A stretch of DNA of 64,000 nucleotides from Eledone cirrhosa. Its lineage: Eukaryota. Within the stretch, counting starts at the first letter, position 1. The number at the start of each line of letters is the position of its first letter. Of this stretch, positions 38,518 through 52,187 are shown in pieces. The notes below the pieces were generated by a model, which saw only the letters and a program-made list of their open reading frames with translations, did no database searches and was not told where the DNA came from. The DNA is taken from the NCBI GenBank assembly GCA_964016885.1, contig OZ024757.1, forward strand, positions 558,001 through 622,000, written 5' to 3'. Position numbers and translations under genes: made by a program.

Positions 38518-39782
38518 TTAGTAGTAGTAATATTCTATGTCTCCTATCCCCAGAGGTTTGACCAAACACAATTTAGCAAGATAAAATCGACCATGACACA
38601 TTTCTGCTAACAAAATCTGTAGCTATTTAAAATAACAAACCCAGTGTCTAACAATTCAGCAACATTTGGACGTTCCTTGAGCTGATCGGCAGTGAAACAT
38701 ACGTAATGTCTTTAAATATACATATGCTGCAACACTGATTCTTTGTTCTCTAATTATATATATATATATATATATATAATTAATACAATAACAGAGATAG
38801 TTTAAAGCTAATCTCTGACTGGTAACCATCTCACTCAACAAACATTAGGTTATATTTTAATATAAACCCAATTTAAGTGTTTGGGGTGCTAACAATATGT
38901 ATTATGTGGAAAAGCCAGTTGTATTATTTTATGAGATATAATTAAAGTTAAAATATATCTCTCTTTCCAAACAATTGTTTCATTATAAGTTTTCTACAAA
39001 TTCGGAGAATATTTCCAGTTTATGTAGAAGCCTAATATACATTCATGTAAGAATATATTTAGGTGGGCGCTTATAAATCATCAGTGGAAGCCCATTAAAC
39101 TTTGATATAAGAAAAACATTTCTTACCACAGTTAAAAATCGTGTTTGTTAAGTTGCTCCTTCCCGCATCGAATGACCGGCAAATTTGAAATTCCAGCAGT
39201 TTTTGACTGAGGAAGTATTATTGCGTCACTAAGCGGGAAGGGGAGACAACTACGATCCACGTTTCGTTGGCCTTAATGGTATGTGTTGGAGACTATGGAG
39301 GCACTGATGTGGGGTTCAATCTCAGTCCGAATCTGTACTATATATATATATAGATAACGCTTTCTGTACCAAATACAGATTCTGGTTCGATGAAACAAAT
39401 CCACCCATTCAAAAGGGTTCCTATTTCAGTTAAAATCTTCCAACAATTTTAAATAAGAACCATATTTTAAATTACTATCTTAGTAATGAAATAATTAATA
39501 AATTTAACCTTTTTGGTACAAACCCAGCTAAAATTGGTTCTCGTTCTATGGAAATGGTTCCTCTTTAAATTAAAGTCTTCCCCCGAAATTCTATATAACA
39601 ATCACATGTTAAGTTATTATGTTAGTAATTAACTAACAATTGATAAATCGCTCAAAATTCTTCATAATTGAAATACAGGGTTCATAATTATATTAAAATC
39701 TTCCAACAAATTTATACAAGAACCACATGTTAAGTTACAAATAAAATAATTCACAATTAAAATCTTTAGTAATGAAATAATT

Positions 39783-39968
39783 AATTGTTTCTACTTTTGG
39801 CACAAGGCCAGCAATTATCCAGTACATTACTGGTACTTTATTTTATCGACCCCGTAAGGATGAAAGGCAAAGTTAACCTGGGCGGGATTGGAACTCAGAA
39901 TGGCAAGGGCCGTAACTCTTTGCGTCAAAGCATGGCGTCCAGCCATCTACCGATACTGCCAATCCACC
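39783..39968 (-). mobile_element. Nin/Deu-like SINE copy
   Basis: Colinear with 25443-25632. Confidence 0.85.
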
Positions 39969-40194
39969 AATAATTGTTATAAATACCTCAAAATTCCTCA
40001 TTAATTAAACCGAAGACATGTAAAACCTCCAGAGTCTTTCAGTCGGACATGAAAAATTAATTTCTAATGGAAGAAAAAAAATGTTAAAGTCGGCCAAGGG
40101 AGATCACTCTCAGAGACTTATTGTAATTCCTGTTCGTTAATTAATCTGGATTAAGTAAATCCGGTATATTTTGTGTGGAGGAAACCGGATTTAC

Positions 40195-40295
40195 GCGGTT
40201 CGTGAGTTCGAATCCCGGCCTGGGCGGTTAGTACGTTGGGGCCTTGAACAAGACACTTTATTTCTCATCGTTTCATTTTACCTAGCTGGCAAGAA
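40195..40295 (+). mobile_element. tRNA-derived SINE fragment with CORE/Meta-like domain
   Basis: B-box GAGTTCGAATCCC followed by ccttgaacaagacactttatttc; similar fragments at 26720-26780 and 63082. Confidence 0.6.
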
Positions 40296-40419
40296 AAATC
40301 TCCCTGAGAACAATGTCTATAAAATATTCAGACACATTATAATATAAGATGGATTCTACATGTATTTCAAAGGGAAACCATGTCACACTTGCTGAATCTC
40401 CCTGAGAACTACGTATATA

Positions 40420-40977
40420 CTAGTGTCTATCAGACAGTGTATCTAGGACTAGTATAGTAGTTCGTATTAGTGGCTATCAGACATAGTGTATGTAGGACTA
40501 TATAATGTACAGTACAGTATTTAGTATTAGTGGTTATCAGACATAGTGTATCTAGGACTACATTACCTAATGTACAGTAGTTAGAATTAGTGGCTATTAG
40601 ACATAGTGTATCAGGACTACATTACCTTATGTACAGTAGTTAGAATTAGTGGCTATTAGACAGAGTGTATCTATGACTACATTACATAATGTACAGTATA
40701 GTAGTTAGTAAGTTAGTATTAGTAGCTATCAGACATAGTGTATCTAGGACTACATTGCATAATTGCATTATATACAGTACAGTAGTTAGTATTAGTGGCT
40801 ATCAGACATAGTGTATCTAGGACTACATTATCTAATGTACAGTACAGTAGTTAGTATTAGTGACTATTAGATATAGTGTATCTAGGACTACATTGTCTAA
40901 TGAACAGTACAGTAGTTAGTATTAGTGACTATCAGACACAGTGTATCTAGGACTACATTATCTAATGTACAATACAG
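40420..40977. repeat. ~60-65-bp degenerate minisatellite (~9 units)
   Basis: Unit GTGTATCTAGGACTACATTATCTAATGTACAGTACAGTAGTTAGTATTAGTGGCTATCAGACATA. Confidence 0.9.
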
Positions 40978-41910
40978 TTTGGAAGTATTTTCCTGTATAT
41001 ACAAATTGATAAGGAAAAAATATTTTTCAATGTTGTTATATATATTTTCACAACATCTTTGAAAGGTTCACATAATTCTATTATTTACATACATTAATAC
41101 AGACTTCAAATAAATCTTTGTCAACTTACCTCCTTCATATATAATCAATGTGTTGTGTTGTTAGTTTTTACTAAACAACCAAAGAAATAATCTCTTTGTT
41201 GTTAAATTAGAAATTTCAAAGATGTTACCAGCTTTATCTCATGACATTAACGTTGGTGAAACTTCTTCATCTTAAATTGATATCTTGTCAGAATAAATTA
41301 GTGAGGCTGACTTTATGTCTTTGGTCACAGATTTGATAGGAAATATATATATATTAGGCTGATATGTGGTCTAAAATATATATATTGTCCACAAATGACT
41401 GATAGCAGATGTTCTGGTGAAATAGACGTTTTTCAACTACAGATTATAATGGAACTCTTAGTAGACACAATTGTAAAGTAAGAATAGATATGACAGTGGA
41501 AGACTGATGTCAGGGAAAGAAAATTGTCTTGTATATATATATATAATTGTTACACAAGATATAATTAGATTAATTATAGTTATAATCAAGACAGCAGGTA
41601 CGCGATGACGTTGACAATCTTTCACTTCTCTTACCGGTGACATAGGTTAAAAGTCCCTGATATAATTTAATACATTTAGACACTGTACCAATTGTATTTA
41701 AATGATGGTAAATCAAAAAGTATCATTCAGTAAAATATCAGTTATATATCTATAAGAAAACCTCTACGTAGTCATTCACCCTGCTAGAAATAGCAGCGAA
41801 ATTATCCATTTCAGCTTTGTTTTTTGCTTAAACTCTCCAAAGTTTGGTTATACAATAAAAGATAGCAAGTTCTTAGTACAGACTTCAGAATAAAGTTGAA
41901 GACTGTCAGA
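40978..41910 (-). other. Conserved ZNF 5' block, copy 3
   Basis: Colinear with 25720-26660, including both donor-like sites. Confidence 0.6.
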
Positions 41911-42439
41911 ATATCTATGAGTGTATGTATATATATATATATAGAAAATTCTGGGATTACTTACTCGCTTGTCTCTAATGTAATACAGTGAAAAGGGTGC
42001 ATAATGGTAACATTCTTTGAAAGAAAATCGACCCTGAAATGCGAATACAAATGCAATAAAACAAGTTTTGCATAAATTGGAGGACTGCTTCCCGAGATAT
42101 AGGGTTTTCCCAGGTGCCTTCATAAACAGGGAGTGCAAGATAGTGGTTGTGACATAGTAGATTGAGAGAGAGACATAGAGAGATGGGAAAAACAGAGACG
42201 GAGAAGGAAGAGAGAGAGAGCTGGTGAAGTTGTGTATATATATGTGTATGACCAGTGTATATAGATCACAGACACCCACATATATATACGTATACACACA
42301 CACACGTATATATATGGGCCTTCCAGTTTCATTTCACATTATATGTCTGTGTATATTTTAATTATTTAAACATTATTTTTAAGTGAACATGATATTTAAA
42401 AACATTTTTAAGTGAACGTGGGGCCATGGGTGGTCTAGT

Positions 42440-42637
42440 ATATAATATAGAGAGGAGGGAAAAACAGGAGAATGTGTTTTCAATTACAGAGGGTATAAGA
42501 CCACCATTTTAATTTATCATTTTAATTATAATATATTTCCCAAACCTTTCCTAGTTTATATGTTTTTCACACTAATGGTCTTATACCCCTGTCATTGAAA
42601 ACACATCCTCCCCTGTTTTTTTCTCTCTATATTGTAT
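42440..42637. mobile_element. MITE-like element with ~60-bp terminal inverted repeats
   Basis: aatatagagag..aaaaacagg..atgtgttttcaat.acag.gggtataagacca is mirrored at 42577-42637. Confidence 0.7.
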
Positions 42638-42779
42638 TTTTAAGTACACAGGAATTCTTTCCTTTGAGCTCTTTAAATTACAGGGATAAACGTGAGTCCT
42701 TTACTCCGTTGTTTTACTTGATATATATATATATACAAATATATATATATATATATATATATACATACAAATATATACT

Positions 42780-43340
42780 TCCATCAACGTTGAGCACTCT
42801 GCACATTTGTATACAGCTGTTATCCTTCATACACATCACATATCCATACCACCCCAATCTCCTCTCCTACACACTCTATATAATCCCTCTAATGCCCAGG
42901 TTCTCTCTCAGTTTATTTACACTTTGCTGTTCATGTATATTACTATTACACATCCATTGGAGCATACAACCTTTATTTCTGTCCAATCTTTGGAGGTCTT
43001 CAGCACACAATGCCCAGATCACACTGCCATGCAACATTGCTGTTGGTATGCAAACAAAGTCTTTTGTAACTGGCAGCAGTAGTAGTAGCATCCTAAACTT
43101 TGGCCATACCGTTCTTACTCTGGTTACTGTAATTTCAGAACACCTACCTCCACAGCTAATTTGGTCAGCCAAGTAACAGAAACTGTCAACTGCTTCTATG
43201 GAACTCTTTAAAAATTTGATACAGCTTGTCTCCTGAGAGCGATTGCTGCTTACTGCTCCAGTGCAATGACTACATGTAAAAACCTACGTTCTTAGATAAC
43301 TTACCATGTATCCCACTAAATCACTTGTGTACACATAGTC
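42780..43340 (-). mobile_element. RTE LINE C-terminal fragment
   Basis: ORF 42876-43172: RVRTVWPKFR..AMLHGS..WALCAEDLQRL..LGIRGI. Confidence 0.85.
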
Positions 43341-43924
43341 TATTTAGTGTAAATAATGTTTCATACACTTAACATGTATGTGTGACCATTGGTTTCCGAG
43401 TCCACTGATGGCCATCACTGCTTATTAGAGGAGGCACTTCCAAATTGACCCTTCGTTGGGAATGCCGACAAATATATTAAAAGGAAGTTCTTTCCTCCAA
43501 CAATTTTCACCCCAAACAGAGAAGAGCTTCATATTGGAAACAAGGGAGGTAAATCTTTAGTTGTGGAATTGTCAGGCTTAATTTATCTGTGTAATATAAG
43601 TTTCCTGTTAATTATCTAAAACCTTTGATCCCTTGATTGAATTGGGAATCAAGGGAGGTAACCTTTGGTGTTGTTGACTTTTCAGCTATTTTGTAAATAG
43701 CTACAATAATTAAGGTAAAAATATAGAGGGTGAGAGAAAGAAACAGACTGAGAAAGGGCAAGAGTCAACATCAGTATTTAACTGGTATATTATTTAAAAA
43801 CATCAAATAATAGCAGTAAAGTTTACCTCGGTGGGATTTAAACAGAGTTGAGAGCTGGAACTAATACTGCAAATCTACAGAGATATATACACATATATAC
43901 ATGAATATTATAAATATACACACA

Positions 43925-44435
43925 TAGAAGTGGTTGATAGCTTTGCAATGTAGGTTATTATCAATGAAGGGGGTAGCAATGGAGGGGGGGGGGTGCTCTG
44001 AGAGAAGAATAGCTAGAACAAGGATAAGATGGAAAAAGTTTAGAGAACTACTCCAACTGTTAACCACAAAAGGTTTCTCTCTCTGTACAAAAAGACGACT
44101 GTATGACACCTGTGGGCAAAATGTGATGCTGCATGACATTGAAACAAGTGCTGTGACCACAGAGGACAAGTAGACTGGAGAGAAATGAAGCAACCATGCT
44201 TCATTGGATGTGCCTTGTAAGTGTGAGAGAAAGGCAGAGCTTGGATGATATGAGGGAGGAGCTGGGCTTCAGATGGATATTAAGTGGTGTGCAAGAGAGA
44301 AGACTATGTTTGTACAGACATGTGGTGCACATGGGTAATGATCGCTGGGTGAAGAAATGCGAGGAAATCCCAGTGAAAGGAAGCCGTAATAAAGGTAGAC
44401 CCAGAAAAACCTGGACAGAGGCTGTCAATACAGAT
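43925..44435 (+). mobile_element. RTE LINE C-terminal fragment
   Basis: WKKFRELL..ERRLCLYRHV..GRPRKTW. Confidence 0.85.
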
Positions 44436-44707
44436 ATGCACATAATTATATACAAATATATATATGGACACAAATTTCTACACACATATATATACATATA
44501 TATATATCAAAAGTATATATATTGAGTTAAAAACCACAATATACCCTTATAATTAAAATAGCTCAATAAAAAGATTTTCCAAGCCTTAGAATAAAGAGTG
44601 ACAAATACAGATATATACATATGTGTTCAAATCACAAGGGACGTATACCACCTGACAATTTAAACACATATCTGTGTCTCTATCATAGATAGATAGAGAG
44701 AGAGAGA

Positions 44708-44875
44708 TAATTGTTTCTACTTTTGGCACAAGGCCAGCAATTAACCAGTGTATTACTGGTACTTTATTTTATCGACCCCATAAGGATGAAAGGCAAAGTT
44801 AACCTCGGCGGGATTTGAACTCAGATCGTAAATGGACGTAACTACGCTGGAAAGCATGTCTGACCCTCTACCAAT
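44708..44875 (-). mobile_element. Nin/Deu-like SINE copy
   Basis: Colinear with 25443-25632; 5' end slightly truncated. Confidence 0.85.
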
Positions 44876-45039
44876 CTGAATCATAGAGCTTTGTCAGCAA
44901 AAGTCACAACTTCTACAAATAAAAAGAAAGGAGAATAATTTCTGTGTAAAACAGTTTTATTCAAAACATTTACAACATTGGAGGCACTATTTTGCCTGAG
45001 TGATATGGTTTTTATCTTGTCTGATTGTGTTTGTGTTGC

Positions 45040-45594
45040 ATTAAGTAACCTTTACAAGAGAATTATTTACCACAGACATCACAGTGATATGGTTTATCTC
45101 CTGGATATGTTAGTATCTAGTAAAGCCACAACATTTAGAGAGTCGTTTACCATATCAAAGTGTTATGGCTTCCCAACTGTATGTATATGTTTGTGTATAA
45201 TAAATGTAGCATTCAAAGAGAATGATTTCCTACAGATACCACACTGATATGTATTTGTGTTTCATTAATTAAACAATTGCTTCTCTCTTGTATGTATATA
45301 TTTGTGAGAAGTTAACTACATTCAGAGAATTATTTACCAGATATCACAGTGATATGACATGTCTCCTGTTATGTATGTTTGTGGGAATTAACGTGACTAC
45401 TTCGAGAGAATGATTTACCACAGATATCACACTGATATGGCTTGTCTCCTGTATGTATAAGTTTGTGCTTTATCAAAATTCCTTTTTCAGAGAATGATTC
45501 ACCACAGATATCACAGTGATATGGCTTCTCTCCTGTATGAACATGTTTGTGTCTAGTTAAGTGAATACTTTGAGAGAATGATTTACCACAGATA
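45040..45594 (-). pseudogene. About three out-of-frame fingers followed by degenerate fingers
   Basis: ORF 45369-45626 continues the array in another frame; eroded finger motifs extend to ~45040; polyA signal at 44956-44961. Confidence 0.85.
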
Positions 45595-46710
45595 TCAGTG
45601 ATATGGCTTGTCTCCTGTATGCACATGTTTGTGTCTAGTTAAGTAAATACTTTGAGAGAATGATTTACCACATATATCACAGTGATATGGCTTGCCGCCT
45701 GTATGTACATGTTTGTGTCTAGTTAAGGTACAACTAACAGAGAATGATTTACCACAGACATCACAGTCATATGGCTTTTCTCCTGAATGTATAAGTTTGT
45801 GCTTTAACAAGCTTCCTTTATGAGAAAATGATTTACCACAGATATCACAGTGATATGGCTTCTCTCCTGTATGTATACGTTTATGGGAGGTTAAGGTACT
45901 ACTTTCAGAGAAAGATTCACCACAGATATCACAGTGATATGGTTTCTCTCCTGTATGTATACGTTTGTGTCTAGTTAATTCAATACTTTGAGAGAATGAT
46001 TTACCACAGATATCACAGTGATATGGCTTGTCTCCTGTATGTATACGACTGTGATTTATCAAGCTTCCTTTATGAGAGAATGATTCACCGCAGATTTCAC
46101 AGTGATATGGCTTCTCTCCTGTATGTATACGTTTATGGGAAGTTAAGTGACTACTTTCAGAGAATGATTTACCACAGATTTCACAGTGATATGGCTTCTC
46201 TCCTGTATGTATACGTTTATGGGAAGTTAAGTGACTACTATCAGAGAATGATTTTCCACAGATATCACAGTCATATGGCTTCTCTCCTGTATGTACATGT
46301 TTGTGCTTTATCAAGCTTCCTTTTTGAGTGAATGATTTACCGCAGATCTCACAGTGATATGGTTTCTCTCCTGTATGTATACGTTTATGGGAAGTTAAGT
46401 TACTACGTACAGAGAATGATTTCCCACAGATATCACAGTGATATGGCTTCTCTCCTGTATGTACATGTTTGTGCTTTATCAAGCTTCCTTTTTGAGAGAA
46501 TGATTCACCGCAGATATTACAGTGATATGGCTTCTCTCCTGTATGTACACGTTTATGCATAGTTAAGTTGCTCTTATTAAAGAATGATTTTTTACAGATA
46601 TCACAGTGATATGGCTTCTCTTTTGTATCGTTTGTCATCTCATCAGGTATAGTAATCCTTTTAGACAGTGTTTTACATTTTATCTTCTCACTGAATTTAT
46701 TTTCCATCAT
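45595..46710 (-). CDS. C2H2 zinc-finger protein, 12 intact fingers, truncated by a frameshift (371 aa)
   Basis: [15 protein letters not shown] leader plus 12 C2H2 units. The stop arises from gatatcagtg in place of gatatcacagtg (2-bp loss). Confidence 0.85.
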   Translation of the reverse strand: MMENKFSEKIKCKTLSKRITIPDEMTNDTKEKPYHCDICKKSFFNKSNLTMHKRVHTGEKPYHCNICGESFSQKGSLIKHKHVHTGEKPYHCDICGKSFSVRSNLTSHKRIHTGEKPYHCEICGKSFTQKGSLIKHKHVHTGEKPYDCDICGKSFSDSSHLTSHKRIHTGEKPYHCEICGKSFSESSHLTSHKRIHTGEKPYHCEICGESFSHKGSLINHSRIHTGDKPYHCDICGKSFSQSIELTRHKRIHTGEKPYHCDICGESFSESSTLTSHKRIHTGEKPYHCDICGKSFSHKGSLLKHKLIHSGEKPYDCDVCGKSFSVSCTLTRHKHVHTGGKPYHCDICGKSFSQSIYLTRHKHVHTGDKPYH

Positions 46711-47057
46711 GTTCCTTTCTTCTCAACAAAATATACAGCTGTTTTTCTTGTAATATTTTTTATATTGTATTCCTAAAAATATTTCTTTGATATTTCCCTC
46801 AACTGTATTCTCAGTTAATATCTTCAGATAACATAAACTTCTTTATTATCCAAGTTTAGTTAAGATACAAAATATATCTCATAGAGAAGAAGATAAACTT
46901 AGTTCTGAGTAAATAATTCACAGTAATTGAACAATACAGTTATATAAACAGTGTTATATCACTTCTGTATAAATAGATTTATTCTTAAAATGATGATAAA
47001 TATTGGTGATGTATCCAAGATGAATAAAATTAATTCATCCCAATGTCATCTGGTATT

Positions 47058-47077
47058 CTGAAATGAGAAAGAAACAC
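47058..47077 (-). promoter_or_regulatory. Splice acceptor of the second ZNF coding exon
   Basis: gtgtttctttctcatttcag|AATACCAG, homologous to 16888. Confidence 0.7.
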
Positions 47078-47899
47078 TATGAGATAATAGAGAATACTTA
47101 AAGATAGATTTAACAGTGGAAATTTTCTATTTCTATATTGTTAAACTGTAGATATCAACTTTCCTGTCCAGAGCAATTCTCTCCAATGTGAGCAGTGGTA
47201 TTCCAGCATGTTATCCTTCTATCTCTTGGGAGGTCTCCTCTGTAGCATTTCCCCAGGAAATTCACTCTTCTAGGACTTTCTAACATAGCTATTCCTTCCT
47301 CTCTTGATAACCTGTCAACACCAGTTTAACCTCCACCTTTTTATTAGCAGGTGTCAATTGTTCCACTATATCCTTTTCTCACTTCTCTATCACTCTCTCT
47401 CTCTCTCTCCTTCTCTGGGAGAAATCAGCTGTGTTTAGACCAGGAGTCAGGAGTCCATATAGATGCATACAATATCTGATTTCCCTTCAAGTTTTATCCA
47501 GGTTTCAATTGTGTTCAGACCTGGAGAGAGAAGATCGGCTCCATAAGGTTTAAAATATGCCCAAGAAACATTGTAAGTCACTAAAGTACCCCTAAGACAG
47601 TGTTACAGGTCCATACAATATATATATACACACACACACACATATATTTCCCTTTCTCTGGAAGAAATCAGATCAGTGTATTCAAATCTGGAAGGAAGGT
47701 GTGGTCTCCATCAGGTAATACCCAACAAATGTTATCTGTCACTGAGGTACCCCTATCACTCCACTTCTATGTCTGGGTTAGCCAGTCAAGTAGGGATTAA
47801 GTATCTGTATTTCAGGGAGTTACTTTGGTGGTGGAGACACATCTGTTGGTGTGGGATTTCATCGGAGATTGTACATAATGTTCTAATTCTGTAAGTTAG

Positions 47900-49430
47900 C
47901 AAAGTTAGGATTAACATTGACTATAGTGAAGAGTACAGAGAGAAGGTGGGTGTCTACCAGGGCTCTGATCTTAGCCCTCTCTTGTTTATTCTCATCTTTC
48001 AGGCTATAACAGAGGTATTTAAGACTGGCTGCCCATGGGGACTCCTGTAGGCAGATGATCTAACACTTATAGCTGAATCTATGCTGAATTAGAGAAGGAA
48101 TTCTGAAAACATGGCCTAGGATCAAAGGGTCTTAAAGTCAACCTGACAATGACTAAGGACCTAGTAAGTAGAAAGGAAAGCAGGACCCTGACCCCCTCAG
48201 AGAAATGGCCTTGCTCAGTGTTCAAGAAAGGTGTAGCTAGAAATTCCATCCTTTGTCCAAACTGCAAACGATTGGTACACAAGACATGTAGTGGGATCTC
48301 AGGTAGTTTAGCTAAGAAGTAGGTTTTACATGTGGCCATGGCACAGGATCACTAGGCAGCAAACAAGCTCCATCAAGTTCTTGGATGGTTCTGTAGAAGA
48401 AGTAGACAGCTACTGCTACCAAGGTGATCAAATCAGCAGTGGAGGTGGGTGTTCTTAAATTACAGTAGCCAGAGTGAGAACAGGATAAAAAAAGTTCAGG
48501 GAGCTACTAAAGGTTTTTCCCTCAAAACAATAGGTAGATTTTATAATATGTGTATATGAACAACAATATTGCATGGCAGTGAGGCCTGAGTGTTGTGTGG
48601 AGAGGACCTGAAAAGATGGAAAAGAACTGAAGCTTGTATGGCTCAATGGATGTGTATAAGTAAAATACATGAATGGCAAAGCCTGAATGAACTGAGGGAG
48701 AAATTAGGCATAAGTGGGATAAGATGCAGTGTGCAGGAGAGGAGATTACGTTGGTATGGACATGTGGTGCACAAAAAAGGATGATAGCTGCACAAGAAGT
48801 GTGCTCAATGTTGAAGGAAGCTATGGAGTAGAAAGACCTAAGAAGTTTATGATGAGGTGATAAAAACTGACCTTCCACAATTGGACATCTCAAAGGCAAT
48901 GACACAGGACTGAGATCTCTGACACTACGTATGTAAAGAATAATTGAGAGGAAGAGAAACTTCCTCCAACTTAACCAACAGAAAGAGCAACTATTGAAGT
49001 TGACAGTTTTAGGGTCAAAGAAGCAATCAAGGAAATGAAGAATGGTAAATCCATGGAAGCATCAAAGATAGTTACCAAGATGCTAAAAGCATTAGGAGAC
49101 ATGGAACTCAAACCTGTAGAGTCAATCAGGTAATACAAGACAGAATCATAACCAATGTCTGGTGCAGCAGTAAAATCATAAATTGCTACAAAGGTAAAGT
49201 CCTAGAAAGGATCAACTACAGAGGAATAAAACTGATGGACCAAATCATGAAAGTGAAAGAGTTATCGTGCAACTAATTAGAGAAAGATTCAAATTAGATG
49301 CAGTTCTGTTTTATGCCTAGGAAAAGTACTACAGATGCCCTCTTCTTAGTGAGACAAGAGAAGTTCCAAGCCAAGATTAAGCTGCAATATTTAGCTTTTA
49401 TAGATCTAGAAAAGGCCTTTGACAGAGTAG
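47900..49430 (+). mobile_element. Two adjacent degenerate RTE LINE fragments
   Basis: LSPLLF..ADDL..WPCS..VHKTCSG..RLRWYGHV, then a second piece with NYRGIKL..STTDA..DLEKAFDRV. Confidence 0.8.
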
Positions 49431-49499
49431 CTGACTTCATTCCAGCCATGCAGCATTCACCATGAACCTATCAAATATAAGTCAGAGGTCACCTTCTGT

Positions 49500-50200
49500 C
49501 TAGTTAAGTAACACCATATCTTCAGCAAATTCTATTCAACTGATCTGACATCCACCAGTCGTGATACCACTTCCAACCTGGCTGCCCAGGTCAATCCTGT
49601 TCATGTAAATAATGAACATGAGAGGTGACAGTATGTACCCTTTGCAGACTCCCACATCTAATGGTCTTGATTTAGCACCATTTATCCTAACACAAATACT
49701 CGGGCATAAAGAGACATCAGAACAGCAACAAGTTGACCATCGAACCCATACTCCCGCACAACCTACCACAGTATGTCCTGAAGAATGTGATCATATGACT
49801 TTTCAGGGTCTATAACACAAGAATATACTTCTTGGAAATACTCCCATGATATCTTGAAGACCTGCCACAGTGTGAATATTTGGTTGGTTGTGCTGCGTCC
49901 AGGGACAAAACTGCTCTGTCCATCAGCTGTCTTGGACTCGACAATCTCCCTACATATCTTTGCCACAAACTTAGACTTTACCAGGGAGGTTTAGGAGATC
50001 CCTCTGTAATTGGAACAATCTCTCTTGTCTCCCTTTCTATAATTGGGATTATCACTCCTAATTGTCATTACTTGGGTGCCTTTCCAGCACACATGAATCA
50101 CCAAGAGAATATCTTCTCTATTTGAGGTTTTTAACATCTTGGGCCAGATTTCATCTTCCTTAGCAACCTTGCCACATTCTCGGCAGAGCTGTTGCACTAG
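49500..50200 (-). mobile_element. LINE RT fragment of a different RTE-like family
   Basis: KGDKRDCSNYRGIS, GRSTTNQIFTL, DPEKSYDH, LSPLMFIIYM. Confidence 0.8.
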
Positions 50201-50344
50201 AAGGTTGTTGCAGGTGGTGGGTAGCAAAATTATATAACATCTCCACTAGGTTTCTGTAAATCTGAAATCAACAAAATCCATTTGCAGGGGCCTGCAAGTT
50301 AATTGGGCTTTGGAAGATAGAACAGTAGAATTTACTTTGTCAAC

Positions 50345-50460
50345 AGCTTTTCGTTCCGCATCCGCCGGTTGTAAAAACTAGTAGTAAACACTGCTAGTAG
50401 TCACGTGGTTTATCCCAAGGGAGGTAACCCCCGGTTTTGGCGGTCAAATTCAAAATTTGA
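50345..50460. promoter_or_regulatory. CpG-rich promoter-like patch
   Basis: GTCACGTG E-box plus AAGGGAGGTAAC motif and clustered CpGs in a CpG-poor context. Confidence 0.3.
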
Positions 50461-50711
50461 ACAAAGGAATTAAATCCTTTACACAAACCGAATGAAAGCT
50501 CTCAACTACATGTTATTAAACCAACAATTAACCAATCAATAGAATTGTCTAATTACATTAATCAATTAATCTAGGAGATAATATAAGAAGGTAGTACAGC
50601 ATAATCGAAGCTCTGGTTGTGGGCAAGCTAACGAATGCTGTCGGGAAGTGCAGCCAAAAGCACTCAATAAGGAATTTTACCCTAGAGTTATATATATATA
50701 TATATATATAT

Positions 50712-50766
<55 letters not shown>

Positions 50767-51409
50767 ACTGGAAGGTAATATCCGTAGTGGTAGAGCACTC
50801 AGTTTGAATATTTGTGTAGATATATATATCATCATTTTACGTCCGTTTTTCCCTGCTTGAAAGGGTTGGACGGGTCCTATTAAGCACAGCATCTCTCCAC
50901 TTTTCATGGTCCTTCGTCATCTCCTCCGTGAGATACTGCGATCTGAGGTCTGCTCTCACCACCTCTGCCCTTGTTTTTCGTGGTCTACCTCTACTACGTC
51001 TGTCTGCCATTTATTATATATATATATGTGTGTCTGTGTTCGTTTTTCTTTTATATTCAGTTATAATATTTATAATATACGGCTCAGAAATATCTCTTTC
51101 CTAGTGCTATTTTATTGTAAGAGACTATTTTGAGTTTCTAACTCAATATATACCTTTGATAAATATATACATATACATTTCTATACATTATCCATATATA
51201 TTTTTTTTTTTTTTTTTACGTGTGTATATAATCTCATTTGTCTATTTAATTTATATTTCCTGGCCTGGTATGAGTAACAATTTTTAGAGGGTTTAAAACA
51301 CAAAATATAGAAAAGTTAAGTCAGAAATATTTAAAAATAAAACATAATAAATTAATGGAAAAAAAACGTAATAATGATAAAAATTGTGGAAATACCTTGA
51401 AAAATGTGT

Positions 51410-51904
51410 CTTTAGCCAGAGATTTGATTGGAAATATGTATATATTAGGTTGATATGTGGTTTAAATATATATATTGTCCATAAATGACTGATAGCAGAT
51501 GCTCTGGTGAAATAGTCGTTTTTCTACTACAGATTATAATGGAACTCTTAGTAGACACAATTGTAAAGTAAAAATAGATATGACAGTGTAAGACTGATGT
51601 CGGGGAAAGAAAATTGTGTGTGTATATATATATAATTGTTACACAAGATATAATTAGATTAATTAAACTTGTAATGAAGACAGCAGGTACGCGGTGACGT
51701 TGGCGGTTCAATTCTTTTACCGGTGTCATACGTTAAAAGTCCCAGATATAATTTAATACATTCAAGCACATTTCCAATCGTATGTTTCACCCAGTTAAAT
51801 ATCAATTATATATCGATGAGGAAACCTCTACGTAGTATCTCACACTGCTAGAAATAGCAGCTAAATTATTTATTACAGCTATTTTTTTTGTTTAAACTCT
51901 CTTA
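51410..51904 (-). other. Conserved ZNF 5' block, copy 4, truncated at 51904
   Basis: Colinear with 26085-26590; sits 5' of the 46.7-kb ZNF. Confidence 0.6.
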
Positions 51905-52187
51905 ACGGTTCAAGTTTTTCCTGGATAGTGAAGGAAAAGAGAAGAAAAGTCAGACATTTCAAATCACTAAGATGAGCAGGCAAACGAGGCCGAAGCATAG
52001 GGCTGAAAAAACGTTATTCTTAGACGCTATGCAGAATTTAAATAATTAGGATATATGTATGTATAGGTAGGAAGAAGAAAAAAAGAAAGAAGAGCTTGTA
52101 TTTACGTTAATTTAAAAAGAATTAACAATTTGTGGGAATGGTGGAATATGATTCCAGAATTTAAAATTTATTTAGCTATATTATGAG

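Noticed and set aside
39262-39335. tRNA gene
   Set aside because: A- and B-box-like motifs are present but no convincing cloverleaf; more likely a decayed SINE head.
42410-42438. Helitron 3' end (GC hairpin + CTAGT)
   Set aside because: The hairpin is weak and no 5' TC end or second copy is in the window.
45996-46562. Plus-strand ORFs with repeated [10 protein letters not shown]
   Set aside because: Antisense shadows of the zinc-finger array.
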